From Bacteroidota bacterium (GTDB taxonomy: Bacteria; Bacteroidota; Bacteroidia; B-17B0; Aurantibacillaceae), in assembly GCA_963169295.1 (NCBI GenBank), contig CAUJDD010000104.1, positions 1,085 through 65,084 of the forward strand: a DNA stretch of 64,000 nt, given 5' to 3'. Positions 50,218-60,309 of this stretch are shown here, piece after piece (within the stretch, counting starts at the first letter, position 1; every line of letters starts with the position of its first letter). The notes beneath the pieces were generated by a model. It saw only the letters and a program-made list of their open reading frames with translations. It ran no database searches and was not told where the DNA came from. The position numbers and the translations under genes are program-made.

Positions 50218-51867
50218 CTATGCTTCACAACTCACACAATTTACCAAATTCTGAACTGCAATTTCTTTAGATACACTTTGGCTACGTTGATAATACAAGG
50301 TTTTAATACCTAATCTCCATGCCTCAATCATTAGTTTATTAACTTCTTTTACAGGTAAATTAGCTGGAATATTTAGATTTAAACTTTGTGATTGATCAAT
50401 GAATTTTTGACGGATAGAGGCTTGTTGAATAATCTCTAGCTGACTAATCTCTTTGAATGTTTTAAACACCGCTTTTTCTTCTTCTGATAATTCTACCAAA
50501 TGTTGTACGCTACCTTGATTAAGCATAATCCCTCTCCAAGTTTCTTCATTATCAATTCCTTTTTTTTGTAATAAGGCTTGTAAATATTTATTCTTGCGAA
50601 TAAAGTTGCCTTTAGATAATCCAGCTTTAAAATAATTACTACTATAAGGTTCTATCCCTGGCGATGTTTGTCCTAATATAGCTGATGAAGAAGTGGTTGG
50701 TGCCACTGCTAATAAAGTTGTGTTTCTTAATCCATAATCTTTTAAGACTTCTGGTTCACCATAAATTTCAGATAAACGAGCAGAGGCTTTATTAGCTTCC
50801 TCTCTTATGTTTTCAAAAATTGATTTCGTTAGTTGTTTAGAGCGTAATCCCTCAAAAGGAATCATGTTTTTTTGAAGATACGAATGCCAACCCATTACAC
50901 CTAAACCAATAGCACGATGACGTTTTGCAAAACGATTGGCTGATTGTAGATAATAATTTCCTTCTGTTTTAGCAATAAACTCTTGTAATACCGCATCTAA
51001 GAAATAAATTGCCATTTGCACTGCTTTTGTATCTTTCCACTCATCATACAACTCTAAATTCATAGATGATAGGCAACAAATAAACGACTCATCAAAACTG
51101 GATGGTAACATTATCTCTGCACAAAGATTACTTGCATTAATACTCATACTTTTATCTTTATACACCTGAGGCTTATTAGTATTTACATTATCAGTAAAAA
51201 ACACATAAGGCATTCCTTTTTGTTGACGAGCCTCTAACACCTTGGCCCAAATTTCTCGTTTTTCTTTATCTCCTTCTATCATTTCGTGCATCCAGTAATC
51301 GGGTACACACACGCCAAAAAATAGATTTTGTAATGGATTACCAATATCTTTTATTTGAAGAAACTCATTAATATCTGGATGGTCAATATCTAAATAAGCT
51401 GCAAAAGCTCCACGACGCACACCTCCCTGTGAGATGGTGTCCATAGCTGTATCAAACAATTTCATAAATGAAACCGCCCCACTACTTTGTCCATTATCAG
51501 TAACCGCGCTTCCTCGTCCTCGCAATTCACCAAAATATCCAGAAGTACCTCCACCTATTTTTGTTTGCATAATTACCTCTCCTAGTTTATGAGTAATTCC
51601 TTCTATATTATCTGGTACATGAACATTAAAACAAGATATTGGTAGGCCACGCTCAGTTCCCATGTTTGCCCATATTGGTGAACTTAAACTCATCCAGCCA
51701 TTTTCAATTAGTTCAATAAAAGCTTCTTTTAGCTCGGGTTTATAAAGACGTTTACTTGCCGCCGTTGCGATTCTGTCTATGGCGCCTTTTACTGATTCGC
51801 CTTTAAGAAGATAACCTCTGTTTAAAATTTGCTCACTCTCTTCGTTGAGCCACCATAATCTGTTCAT
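50218..51867 (-). CDS. nrdA: Class I ribonucleotide reductase alpha subunit, short form without an ATP-cone (class Id-like)
   Basis: 549 aa in total. The active-site blocks are SCFNV, NLCAEI and PTTSSS, and the C-terminal redox pair is CVSCEA. The N-terminus starts directly in the catalytic barrel region with no ATP-cone. Confidence 0.88.
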   Translation of the reverse strand: MNRLWWLNEESEQILNRGYLLKGESVKGAIDRIATAASKRLYKPELKEAFIELIENGWMSLSSPIWANMGTERGLPISCFNVHVPDNIEGITHKLGEVIMQTKIGGGTSGYFGELRGRGSAVTDNGQSSGAVSFMKLFDTAMDTISQGGVRRGAFAAYLDIDHPDINEFLQIKDIGNPLQNLFFGVCVPDYWMHEMIEGDKEKREIWAKVLEARQQKGMPYVFFTDNVNTNKPQVYKDKSMSINASNLCAEIMLPSSFDESFICCLSSMNLELYDEWKDTKAVQMAIYFLDAVLQEFIAKTEGNYYLQSANRFAKRHRAIGLGVMGWHSYLQKNMIPFEGLRSKQLTKSIFENIREEANKASARLSEIYGEPEVLKDYGLRNTTLLAVAPTTSSSAILGQTSPGIEPYSSNYFKAGLSKGNFIRKNKYLQALLQKKGIDNEETWRGIMLNQGSVQHLVELSEEEKAVFKTFKEISQLEIIQQASIRQKFIDQSQSLNLNIPANLPVKEVNKLMIEAWRLGIKTLYYQRSQSVSKEIAVQNLVNCVSCEA

Positions 51868-51888
51868 AAGATATAATTGTATTAAGGG

Positions 51889-52842
51889 TTAAAATAAATC
51901 TGCTGCACTAATGCTTTTATCGTGTTTGGTATAAGCTGTTGGTCGTTTTGCAAAAAAATCATCAAGTTCATTTGCAAACACATCTTCCTCAAACCACTTC
52001 ATGGGTTTGTATTGTTCGTATGTAATATTAAATATTTTTTTAAGTTTTATTTTCTCCATAGATTCATCTACACGGTATTTCATAAAATTGAGCATATCGT
52101 TTTTTGAAAAGAAACTCAATTCTCCTTTTTCATAGATCCAATTCAATAATTCTTCTTCGTACTGAATATAGTTCTTTACATCTTGCGACATGCGCTCCTT
52201 AATTTCATTAGTTAAATAGCCTTCCTCTGCCAACTTATTTAAAATAAAAATTCCAGCATTGGCATGTGTTTGTTCGTCTATCGAAGTCCATGCAATAATA
52301 TTAGATGTGTTTTTTAAATATCCTTTAAATCGCGTAAAAGACAAAATATTTGCGAACTGAGAAAACAATGAGGCGTTCTCAATTACAATTGTAAAAAATA
52401 GCAATTTAGAAATCACATCATTATTAGCATATAAACTATTTTCAATAAGTTCAAGTTTCTTTTTAAATACAGGAATAGTAAGTAATTGATTAAACTCTTC
52501 ATTATATCCCAAAACATCTAACAAGCGAGAATAAGCTTCGCTGTGTCTAAATTCACATTCTGCAAAGGTTGCTCCTAGTCCATTAAACTCTGGCTTTGGA
52601 AAATATTTATAAATATCGCCCCAAAATAACTTTACACCAACCTCAACTTGCGCAATACTTAATAAGCTTCGTTTTACAATTTCTTTTTCAACCTCCGATA
52701 AATTTGATTTAAAGTCTTGGATGTCGGCTGTAAATTCTACCTCTTTATGAACCCAAAAGGTTTTATTCATTAAGTCAGTAAATTCTAATACCTCAGGGTA
52801 TTCAAATGGTTTATAGTGTACGCGTTTGTCAAAAATGCCCAT
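51889..52842 (-). CDS. nrdB: Class I ribonucleotide reductase beta (radical-generating) subunit
   Basis: The ferritin-like metal ligands are E in AQVEVG, E..H in ECEFRHSEAY (with Tyr at H+4), E in VIENAS and E..H in DEQTHA. The C-terminal tail ends ISAADLF. Confidence 0.88.
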   Translation of the reverse strand: MGIFDKRVHYKPFEYPEVLEFTDLMNKTFWVHKEVEFTADIQDFKSNLSEVEKEIVKRSLLSIAQVEVGVKLFWGDIYKYFPKPEFNGLGATFAECEFRHSEAYSRLLDVLGYNEEFNQLLTIPVFKKKLELIENSLYANNDVISKLLFFTIVIENASLFSQFANILSFTRFKGYLKNTSNIIAWTSIDEQTHANAGIFILNKLAEEGYLTNEIKERMSQDVKNYIQYEEELLNWIYEKGELSFFSKNDMLNFMKYRVDESMEKIKLKKIFNITYEQYKPMKWFEEDVFANELDDFFAKRPTAYTKHDKSISAADLF

Positions 52843-52944
52843 TGCACAGGTTTAGTTAATTGGTTAAACAAATACACAAAAAGCCAGGGAAAAAGAAATA
52901 GTCATTTCTTTGAACCTCGTTTTTTATGCGAAAACAAAATTCAA

Positions 52945-53069
52945 ACTGATTTGGCAGGTAATCTGACTTTGGTTTATTATACCATTCACAGTTGCGCAAC
53001 AGTTCAGGAATTTCACCTGATTCCCCTATTCTCTGTTTATTCAGTACTTATTTAAACAGCCAACTCAGT
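52945..53069 (-). promoter_or_regulatory. Cobalamin (B12) riboswitch aptamer in the nrdB-nrdA leader
   Basis: The minus strand reads AATAGGGGAATCAGGTGAAATTCCTGAACTGTTGCGCAACTGTGAATGG ... AAGTCAGATTACCTGCC. The first part matches the conserved core AAnAGGGAAnnnGGTGnAAnTCCnnnnCnGnnnnGCnACTGT. The second matches the B12 box rAGYCMGgAgaCCkGCc. A closing P1 helix forms between ACTGAGTTGGC (53069-53059) and GCCAAATCAGT (52955-52945), 11 bp with 1 mismatch. A P2-like hairpin CTGTTTA...TAAACAG lies at 53059-53033. Confidence 0.75.
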
Positions 53070-53211
53070 AATCATTCGGTGGTAAAAATAATTTAAATTT
53101 TAAAAGTTGATAGTTGTATGATAATTTTTAATTATTCACAGATGTTCATTGTTATACACACTTGTTGAAATCGAAGCTAAACTGGTGATTTATATACTAT
53201 TATGAATTTCT

Positions 53212-53254
53212 GATAAAAAACAAAAAAGCTAACCCAATATTTTGAGTTAGCTTT
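53212..53254 (-). terminator. Rho-independent terminator of the small membrane-protein gene
   Basis: The minus strand has stem AAAGCTAAC / GTTAGCTTT with a 12-nt loop, followed by TTTGTTTTTT. Confidence 0.65.
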
Positions 53255-53280
53255 ACTTAATACATTTAAATGTTTATTAT

Positions 53281-53481
53281 TTATTTTAAAGTGCCGTTTC
53301 TTTCAGCTTCTTTATTTTCTTTCATCATACGCACAACCTGATAACCTATTAAGAAGACAATAATAGCCCACATAATAATGTTCGGACCATGTCCTAAAAC
53401 CTTCATGCCTTTAAAAATCCATTGACAAAAATTGCCAATACCATAAAAAACATCGGTCATTGTAATCATTAAAGCATTCAT
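53281..53481 (-). CDS. Small (66 aa) two-TM membrane protein, function unknown
   Basis: Two hydrophobic helices and a basic C-terminal tail, with a terminator downstream. Confidence 0.55.
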   Translation of the reverse strand: MNALMITMTDVFYGIGNFCQWIFKGMKVLGHGPNIIMWAIIVFLIGYQVVRMMKENKEAERNGTLK

Positions 53482-53556
53482 ATTAAATCTAATTTTGTAA
53501 GTTTACAGCACAAAAATATACTTTTTTTTATAATTCAAGCAAATTTTAGCTAAAAA

Positions 53557-54549
53557 ATGATTGTTTCCCCTTTAAAAAGCAATATTCAATTTTCTCTATT
53601 CTTTTTATTATTGCTTTCTATTCTCATTTGGTTTAGCACTTTTACATATACTTATGTAAACACCGAGAATATTAATTATAAAGAACACGTATTATACAAC
53701 CTCATTTTTGACAACCATTATACATTTTATACCAATCAAATTATTACTTTATTAGTAGTACTAATTGGGGCTTTTTTACTCAATTTTCTAGCTATAGAAC
53801 AAGAAATTGTTTCGAAAACAAATTACCTTCCTGCATTTTTTTATATAATTTTTTCATTTTCTGCTACTACTCCATATTTAACCGAACCATTATTGGTTGC
53901 TAACCTATTTATCATGCCCGCTATTTATTTCTTAGTAAATAGTTACCGACAAGAATATGCACTACAAGACGTGTTTAAATCGGCTTTATTTATGGGTTTG
54001 GCAAGTTTTTTTTGTATTCACTATATCGTACTTTTTCCGTTCGGCTATTTAACCCTTTTTATTTTACGTCCCTTTAATTGGAGAGAATGGGTTATTATGC
54101 TTATTGGTCTTACTTTTCCTTTATATATTTATTTGTGTGTGGCCTACCTTATTACTGGCAAGCCATTTGAAATTTTTGGCATGATGCAAGAGGCAATAAG
54201 TAGTATTCAAAAACCAGAACTATCAACCTATTACATTGGGTTTATTGCTGTTACGCTCCTCATTGTGTTTTTAGCCATATTAAATTACTTAAACAAAGGT
54301 TTCGGGGGAAAAGTAAAAACACAAAAAGCAAAGTATGTTTTATTATGGATGCTTTTAATTTGTACGCCCATCGTTTTTTTTGAGCAAGTATCAGATATGA
54401 TTCTTTTACCATGTATAATTCCTTTAAGTATTTTTATGGGCGATTATTTAGCCGAAATTAAACAAATACGGTTTGCTAATTTTTTGTTGCTTATCTTTAT
54501 TCTTTCATTTTTAGTAATTTATTTTCATGCTTTAAATTTTATAAGCTAA
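53557..54549 (+). CDS. Polytopic integral membrane protein, function unknown
   Basis: 330 aa with about 9-10 hydrophobic helices. No catalytic motif was recognised. Confidence 0.6.
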   Translation: MIVSPLKSNIQFSLFFLLLLSILIWFSTFTYTYVNTENINYKEHVLYNLIFDNHYTFYTNQIITLLVVLIGAFLLNFLAIEQEIVSKTNYLPAFFYIIFSFSATTPYLTEPLLVANLFIMPAIYFLVNSYRQEYALQDVFKSALFMGLASFFCIHYIVLFPFGYLTLFILRPFNWREWVIMLIGLTFPLYIYLCVAYLITGKPFEIFGMMQEAISSIQKPELSTYYIGFIAVTLLIVFLAILNYLNKGFGGKVKTQKAKYVLLWMLLICTPIVFFEQVSDMILLPCIIPLSIFMGDYLAEIKQIRFANFLLLIFILSFLVIYFHALNFIS

Positions 54550-54558
54550 CTAAATATC

Positions 54559-56064
54559 ATGAATATTTACTCGCGAAAACAACAATGGAAATGGGCACTA
54601 TTTATAGTAGCTCTGTTTATTGTGTTTACATCGCTATGGTACACCAATCGATTGGTAAATAGCATAAAATATGACGAAGAAAAAAAGATTAGGCTATGGG
54701 CAGAAGCTGTTCAGAAAAAAGCAGGTATTGTAAAATTTACCAATGATTTATTTCAACGCCTACAAGATGAGGAACGAAAAAAAGCCGAACTGTATGCGTT
54801 AGCAACCAAACAACTAAGTTCGGATATGTTTACGGTGTCTGAATTTGTTTTAAAAGTTTTGCAAGACAACACCACGGTTCCTGTAATTTTAACTGATGAT
54901 CAAGGTAATATTACAGCGAGCAGAAATTTTGATTCCATAACTGAACGTAATAAAGAAGCGCTACAACTTGAACTAGAAAAAATGAAAAGCCTTTATGCTC
55001 CAGTTGTGATAGATGTGTATAAGGGCAAAAAAAATTATTTATATCATAAAGACAGTCGCTTATTTACAGATATTAAAATCGTATTTGATAGTTTAATAAA
55101 ATCTTTTATTACCGAAGTGGCTATTAATAGTGCAGCCGTTCCTGTTATTTATACCGATTCAACTAAAACAAACATTATTGCCATAGGAAATATAAACACC
55201 AAAAAAATAGATAGTCCTGAAAAGTTAAAAGCAACGCTAGCTTCTATGGAGCAACAAAACACACCCATTTTGGTAAACTTAGGTGATGGTATCAAAAATT
55301 ATATTTTTTATGAGCAATCGCCTTTACTTACTCAATTAACATATTATCCTTATGTACAATTTGGAGTAATAGGTTTGTTTTTATTAGTTGCATATATTTT
55401 ATTTAGCATTTCTCGTAAAGCCGAGCAAGACCAAGTGTGGGTAGGAATGAGTAAAGAAACCGCACATCAACTAGGTACGCCATTATCATCATTAATGGCT
55501 TGGACAGAACATTTGCGCTCAAGCGGCACTGATGAAAGCGTGATAAACGAAATGAATAGAGACCTTCATCGCTTAACCCGAATTACAGAACGCTTTTCTA
55601 AAATAGGTTCCCAGCCTACTTTACAACAAGAAGATATTTGTTTGGTAGTGCGTAATGCTATTGATTATTTAAAACAACGTACTTCTAAAAACATTACATA
55701 TCAACTTCATATTCCTGAGCATGAAATTCCAGTAATGTTATCAGTAGCTCTTTTTGATTGGGTGATTGAAAACATTACTAAAAACGCCATAGACGCTATG
55801 AATGGAAAAGGCGAATTTACGGTTAGCATCACCGAAATTCCAGAAGGTGTCTATATTGATCTTTCTGATACAGGGAAGGGTATTCATAAATCTAAACTAA
55901 AAGCAGTATTTAAACCAGGATACACAACAAAGCAAAGAGGTTGGGGACTTGGCCTTTCTTTATGTAAACGCATTATTGAAAATTACCATCATGGTAAAAT
56001 TTTTATACTAAATAGTGAAGAGGGAAAGGGTACTACCTTCCGAATTTTATTAAACAGGGGATAA
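54559..56064 (+). CDS. Sensor histidine kinase (two TM helices, periplasmic domain, HisKA and HATPase_c)
   Basis: The H-box is SKETAHQLGTPLSSLMAW, the N-box is ENITKNAIDAM and the G-boxes are DTGKGI and GWGLGLSL. No adjacent response regulator is present. Confidence 0.87.
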   Translation: MNIYSRKQQWKWALFIVALFIVFTSLWYTNRLVNSIKYDEEKKIRLWAEAVQKKAGIVKFTNDLFQRLQDEERKKAELYALATKQLSSDMFTVSEFVLKVLQDNTTVPVILTDDQGNITASRNFDSITERNKEALQLELEKMKSLYAPVVIDVYKGKKNYLYHKDSRLFTDIKIVFDSLIKSFITEVAINSAAVPVIYTDSTKTNIIAIGNINTKKIDSPEKLKATLASMEQQNTPILVNLGDGIKNYIFYEQSPLLTQLTYYPYVQFGVIGLFLLVAYILFSISRKAEQDQVWVGMSKETAHQLGTPLSSLMAWTEHLRSSGTDESVINEMNRDLHRLTRITERFSKIGSQPTLQQEDICLVVRNAIDYLKQRTSKNITYQLHIPEHEIPVMLSVALFDWVIENITKNAIDAMNGKGEFTVSITEIPEGVYIDLSDTGKGIHKSKLKAVFKPGYTTKQRGWGLGLSLCKRIIENYHHGKIFILNSEEGKGTTFRILLNRG

Positions 56065-56140
56065 ATTGCTTTGTTGATAAATGGATTTAGCTTTATAAAA
56101 CTAAGCTCTTTAAAATCTTTACCTTAGAAAAAAATAATTT

Positions 56141-57556
56141 ATGCAAAAATCACAATCATCTTTTATCGCATTAATATCTGTGTTTTTCTTTTGGGGATTT
56201 GTAGCTGCTAGTAATGGTATTTTAATTCCACTTTTTAAAGAAAAATTTACTCTCAGTCAATTTCAATCACAGTTAGTAGATTTGGCTTTTTATGCCGCTT
56301 ATTTTTTTGGTTCTATCATTTATTTCTTAACCTCTCGTGCCACAGGCGATCCAATTAATAAAATAGGATATAAAAAAGCTTTAATTATTGGATTGATGAT
56401 TTCTGCGGCGGGTTCATTAATTTTTATTCCCGCCGCATCGGCTAATTCTTATGTGTTATTATTAAGTGCTTTATTCGTGATAGGCTTAGGTTTTGCATTA
56501 CAACAAATAGTGGCTAATCCCTTTGTTATCAATTTTGGAGATAAAGAAAAAGGTGCTCAACGTTTGAGTTTAGCGGGAGGAATTAATTCGTTTGGTACAA
56601 CCATTGGTCCTGTACTTTTAAGTTATGCTTTATTCGGGAACATAAATGCACCAGCTGCTTCCGATAGTAGTTTAGAAGCAGTAAAAACACCTGCATTAAT
56701 TTTATTTTCGTTGTTTGTATTATGTTCTGTGATACTTTGGTTTTCAAAATTACCTCAGATTTCAAACGAAGATGTAAATGAAACAAGCGACTTAGGCGCA
56801 TTAAAATATCCTCAACTTTCTTTAGGTATGTTAGCCATTTTTATTTATGTGGGTGTTGAGGTAACTATACAAAGCAACATGGGTGCTTTACTTGAGATGC
56901 CCGAAATTAAAGGATTAGACCACACTCAAATTTCGCATTTTATTTCTTTGTATTGGGGTAGTTTAATGATTGGCCGATGGACGGGTTCTTTATCGGTTTT
57001 TAATTTAAGTAAAATCGCTAATCGCATGATGCAAATAGGAACACCTTTTATTGCATTTGGTGTTATATGTGGTGTAAATTATTTAAGAGGCAGCAACATC
57101 AGTGATTATTGGTTTTATATACCATATATTGTTTTGGCCACTATATTATTTATGGTTTCTGGTAATAACCCAGCACGCACATTATTTATATTAAGTTTAA
57201 CAGCCTGTGCAATGATGGTATTGGGTGTAGTAAGTTCGGGCAATTTAGCCTTATATTCTTTTTTAAGTGGTGGATTGTTTTGCTCAGTAATGTGGCCTTG
57301 TATATTTGCTTTAGCCATAAATGGATTAGGAAAATATACCAATCAAGGTTCATCGCTTTTGGTAATGATGATTTTAGGAGGTGCTATTATTCCACCACTT
57401 CAAGGTATGATTGCTGATGCTACTAATCCTCATAGTTCATATATAGTTACTGTATTTTGCTTTGCATATCTAGCTTGGTATGCTTTTAAAGTCCCACATT
57501 TTTTTAAACAACAAGGTGTCGAATTTGAATCGAATTCAAAAAGCGCAGGCCATTAA
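56141..57556 (+). CDS. MFS sugar transporter, FucP / glucose-galactose (GluP) family
   Basis: 12 TM helices. The N-terminus FFFWGFVAASNGILIPLFKEKF is typical of the FucP/GluP family. It heads a glycan-degradation cluster. Confidence 0.78.
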   Translation: MQKSQSSFIALISVFFFWGFVAASNGILIPLFKEKFTLSQFQSQLVDLAFYAAYFFGSIIYFLTSRATGDPINKIGYKKALIIGLMISAAGSLIFIPAASANSYVLLLSALFVIGLGFALQQIVANPFVINFGDKEKGAQRLSLAGGINSFGTTIGPVLLSYALFGNINAPAASDSSLEAVKTPALILFSLFVLCSVILWFSKLPQISNEDVNETSDLGALKYPQLSLGMLAIFIYVGVEVTIQSNMGALLEMPEIKGLDHTQISHFISLYWGSLMIGRWTGSLSVFNLSKIANRMMQIGTPFIAFGVICGVNYLRGSNISDYWFYIPYIVLATILFMVSGNNPARTLFILSLTACAMMVLGVVSSGNLALYSFLSGGLFCSVMWPCIFALAINGLGKYTNQGSSLLVMMILGGAIIPPLQGMIADATNPHSSYIVTVFCFAYLAWYAFKVPHFFKQQGVEFESNSKSAGH

Positions 57557-57574
57557 AAATTAATTTCTAAAAAC

Positions 57575-58039
57575 ATGAAAGTAACTGTAAATGTAAAACT
57601 TATAAACTCAAAGTTTAATCAAGCGTATGCTGATAAAGAAAATGAAGGGCTTGAAACAGAAGATAATTACCGATACTTGTGGGAAGACGAGTTTGAAGTG
57701 TCGGGTGATGTAACGCATTTTAAAGTGAACAATCAAGGCGCTTATGTTTTGAAAGGTGTTTACCCTAATGGAAAATCATTTTCGTTTGAAATTGAAAATA
57801 TAATGTTGGTGGAATGTACCTTAAGTAACGGACAAATAACACAACTTCCATTTTCTAAAAAAGCGATTAGCAAAACCGAGAAAAAAGAAACTCCTCAAGG
57901 CATAATTTTTAATGTGTATTTAAAAAGTGCTAATCCGGTTATAAATCCCATGACGGGAGTTTATATTTTAAAAGAAGATTTTCCAGAAGAATTAATCGCT
58001 TTGGTAAAAGAACAAGATGATGATGAACAAGAAGAATAG
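57575..58039 (+). CDS. Hypothetical protein (154 aa) with an acidic C-terminus
   Basis: An ORF located between the transporter and GH20 genes. I recognised no motif. Confidence 0.45.
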   Translation: MKVTVNVKLINSKFNQAYADKENEGLETEDNYRYLWEDEFEVSGDVTHFKVNNQGAYVLKGVYPNGKSFSFEIENIMLVECTLSNGQITQLPFSKKAISKTEKKETPQGIIFNVYLKSANPVINPMTGVYILKEDFPEELIALVKEQDDDEQEE

Positions 58040-60308
58040 ACATAAACTATATAGCGTTATTGTTGTTGTGTTTTTTACGCTTTATGTAGGTGCACAGCAA
58101 AACATCTTACCATTAATTCCACAACCAAAATCGCTGGTTAAAACGCCTGGTCATTTTAGTTTAACTTCAACCACTAAGTTGGTTGTTACAACACAATCAA
58201 TAAAAGACGAATTAGTTTATTTTAATGACTATTTAAAAAAACATTATGGTTTTGTTTTAGAGGTTACGTCTAAAATCCCTGAAAAAGGCAATTACATCAT
58301 TTTTACTTATCCGGATTGGGAAGCTGGCTTAAAAGAAAATTATCATCTAACTATTAACGAAACTTTCATCTCTATCATTGCAGAAAGCGAAGGTGCTGGA
58401 AATTTTTATGCTATTCAATCTCTCATACAATTATTACCTTTAGAGAAAACAACTACATTAAACATTCCTTGTCTTCAAATAAAAGATGCGCCACTTATGA
58501 AATGGAGAGGAATGCACTTAGATGTGTGTCGCCATTTTTTTTCAATAGACTTTATTAAAAAATACATTGATCTACTGGCCTTATATAAAATGAATACTTT
58601 TCATTGGCACTTAACAGATGACCAAGGTTGGCGAATTGAAATAAAAAAATATCCTAAACTCACCCAAGTAGGTGCTTGGAGAAACGGAACCATGATAGGA
58701 GCATATAGTAATCAGGAATTTGACACGATTAAATATGGTGGTTTTTATACTCAAGAACAAATAAAAGACGTGGTAACTTATGCCGCTCAAAGACACATAA
58801 CCATTGTTCCCGAAATTGAAATGCCAGGGCATGCTGTTGCTGCAATAAGTGCGTATCCATTTTTATCGTGTGATGAAAAACAAATAGATGTAGAAAGAGG
58901 TTGGGGTGTATTTGAAAATGTGTTTTGTACTAAAGACACTGTTTTTAATTTTTTGGAAGGTGTGTTAAGCGAAGTAATGAATTTGTTTCCAGGAAAGTAT
59001 ATCCACGTTGGTGGCGATGAATGTCCTAAAACTAAATGGAAAACATGTAACCATTGTCAATCTCGTATTAAAACCGAAAAGTTAAAAGATGAACATGAAT
59101 TACAAAGTTACTTTATAACCCGAATTGAAAAATTTGTCAATAGTAAGGGGCGACAAATTATAGGTTGGGATGAAATTTTAGAAGGGGGTCTTGCGCCAAA
59201 TGCTGCAGTAATGAGTTGGAGAGGAACTGAAGGCGGGATAAATGCGGCTAAACAAAAACATAAAGTTGTTATGAGTCCTGGCACACATTGTTATTTTGAT
59301 CATTTTCAAGGCGACCCAATAGATGAACCATTAGCTTTTGGTGGTTACACACCTTTACAAAAAGTTTATAGTTTTAATCCTATACCAACTGAACTTAATG
59401 AGTCAGAAAAACAATATATTTTAGGCGCACAAGCTAATGTGTGGACCGAATATATCTTAAACGATAAACATGTTGAGTATATGGCAAACCCTCGTATGGC
59501 CGCATTATCAGAAGTATTGTGGTCTCCCAACGAAAATAGAAATTCATCAAATTTTGTTGCTCGATTACAAAAACATTTTCTACTTCTCGATAAATTAAAT
59601 TATAATTATTCTAAAGCTTTATATAACGTAGAACAAATTACAACTAGTTCCAAAAGTCATCAAGCCATTAACTTGGAATTAAAAGCTGATTCGGTATTAG
59701 GTAAGATATATTATACCATTGATGGTAGCAACCCCAACATTAAATCTATTCCATATAAAAACGCTATCACGATTTCGAATAACACAACTGTTAAGGCAGC
59801 ATTATTTAAAAACGAAAAACAATTAGGAAAAATTTCACAAAGAAATTATGAAATAAACTTAGCCACAAATAAAAGCATTACTTTAGCAATACCACCCAGT
59901 AAATCTTATAATTACGGTGGGGCTTTTACACTTATAAATGGCGTAGTGGCAAGTTTACCAAGAACCAACAATCAGTGGTTGGGTTGGAGTGGAAAAAATT
60001 TAGAAGCTGTAATTGATTTAAAACAATTGGAAGAAATAAAAACAATAAGCGTGGGTTTTTTAAAAGAAGAAATTAATTGGATTTATTTGCCAAAAGAAGC
60101 TGAGGTTTTTATTTCTAATGATGGGCAGAAATATATTTCGATAGGTAAAATGAAATTAATCAACGAACGATTTATGGAAATATCTGTAAGTCCAACCAAA
60201 ACACGCTATGTAAAAATTATAACGAATAATTACGGATTAATCCCTGAGGGAAATCCAGGCGCTGGTTCACCTGCTTGGTTGTTTTGTGATGAAATTCAAA
60301 TCAAATAA
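58017..60308 (+). CDS. GH20 beta-N-acetylhexosaminidase with a C-terminal discoidin (F5/8 type C)-like domain
   Basis: Has a signal peptide. The GH20 blocks are RGMHLDVCRHFF, NTFHWHLTDDQGWR, EIEMPGHA and HVGGDEC (catalytic D-E pair). A beta-sandwich region makes up the C-terminal 150 aa. Confidence 0.9.
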   Translation: MMMNKKNRHKLYSVIVVVFFTLYVGAQQNILPLIPQPKSLVKTPGHFSLTSTTKLVVTTQSIKDELVYFNDYLKKHYGFVLEVTSKIPEKGNYIIFTYPDWEAGLKENYHLTINETFISIIAESEGAGNFYAIQSLIQLLPLEKTTTLNIPCLQIKDAPLMKWRGMHLDVCRHFFSIDFIKKYIDLLALYKMNTFHWHLTDDQGWRIEIKKYPKLTQVGAWRNGTMIGAYSNQEFDTIKYGGFYTQEQIKDVVTYAAQRHITIVPEIEMPGHAVAAISAYPFLSCDEKQIDVERGWGVFENVFCTKDTVFNFLEGVLSEVMNLFPGKYIHVGGDECPKTKWKTCNHCQSRIKTEKLKDEHELQSYFITRIEKFVNSKGRQIIGWDEILEGGLAPNAAVMSWRGTEGGINAAKQKHKVVMSPGTHCYFDHFQGDPIDEPLAFGGYTPLQKVYSFNPIPTELNESEKQYILGAQANVWTEYILNDKHVEYMANPRMAALSEVLWSPNENRNSSNFVARLQKHFLLLDKLNYNYSKALYNVEQITTSSKSHQAINLELKADSVLGKIYYTIDGSNPNIKSIPYKNAITISNNTTVKAALFKNEKQLGKISQRNYEINLATNKSITLAIPPSKSYNYGGAFTLINGVVASLPRTNNQWLGWSGKNLEAVIDLKQLEEIKTISVGFLKEEINWIYLPKEAEVFISNDGQKYISIGKMKLINERFMEISVSPTKTRYVKIITNNYGLIPEGNPGAGSPAWLFCDEIQIK

Positions 60309-60309
60309 T

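Noticed and set aside
52816-53055. A 79-aa plus-strand ORF in the nrdB upstream region
   Set aside because: It overlaps the cobalamin-riboswitch core on the opposite strand and the nrdB start. It has no recognisable motif or plausible context, and is most likely a chance ORF in a structured leader.
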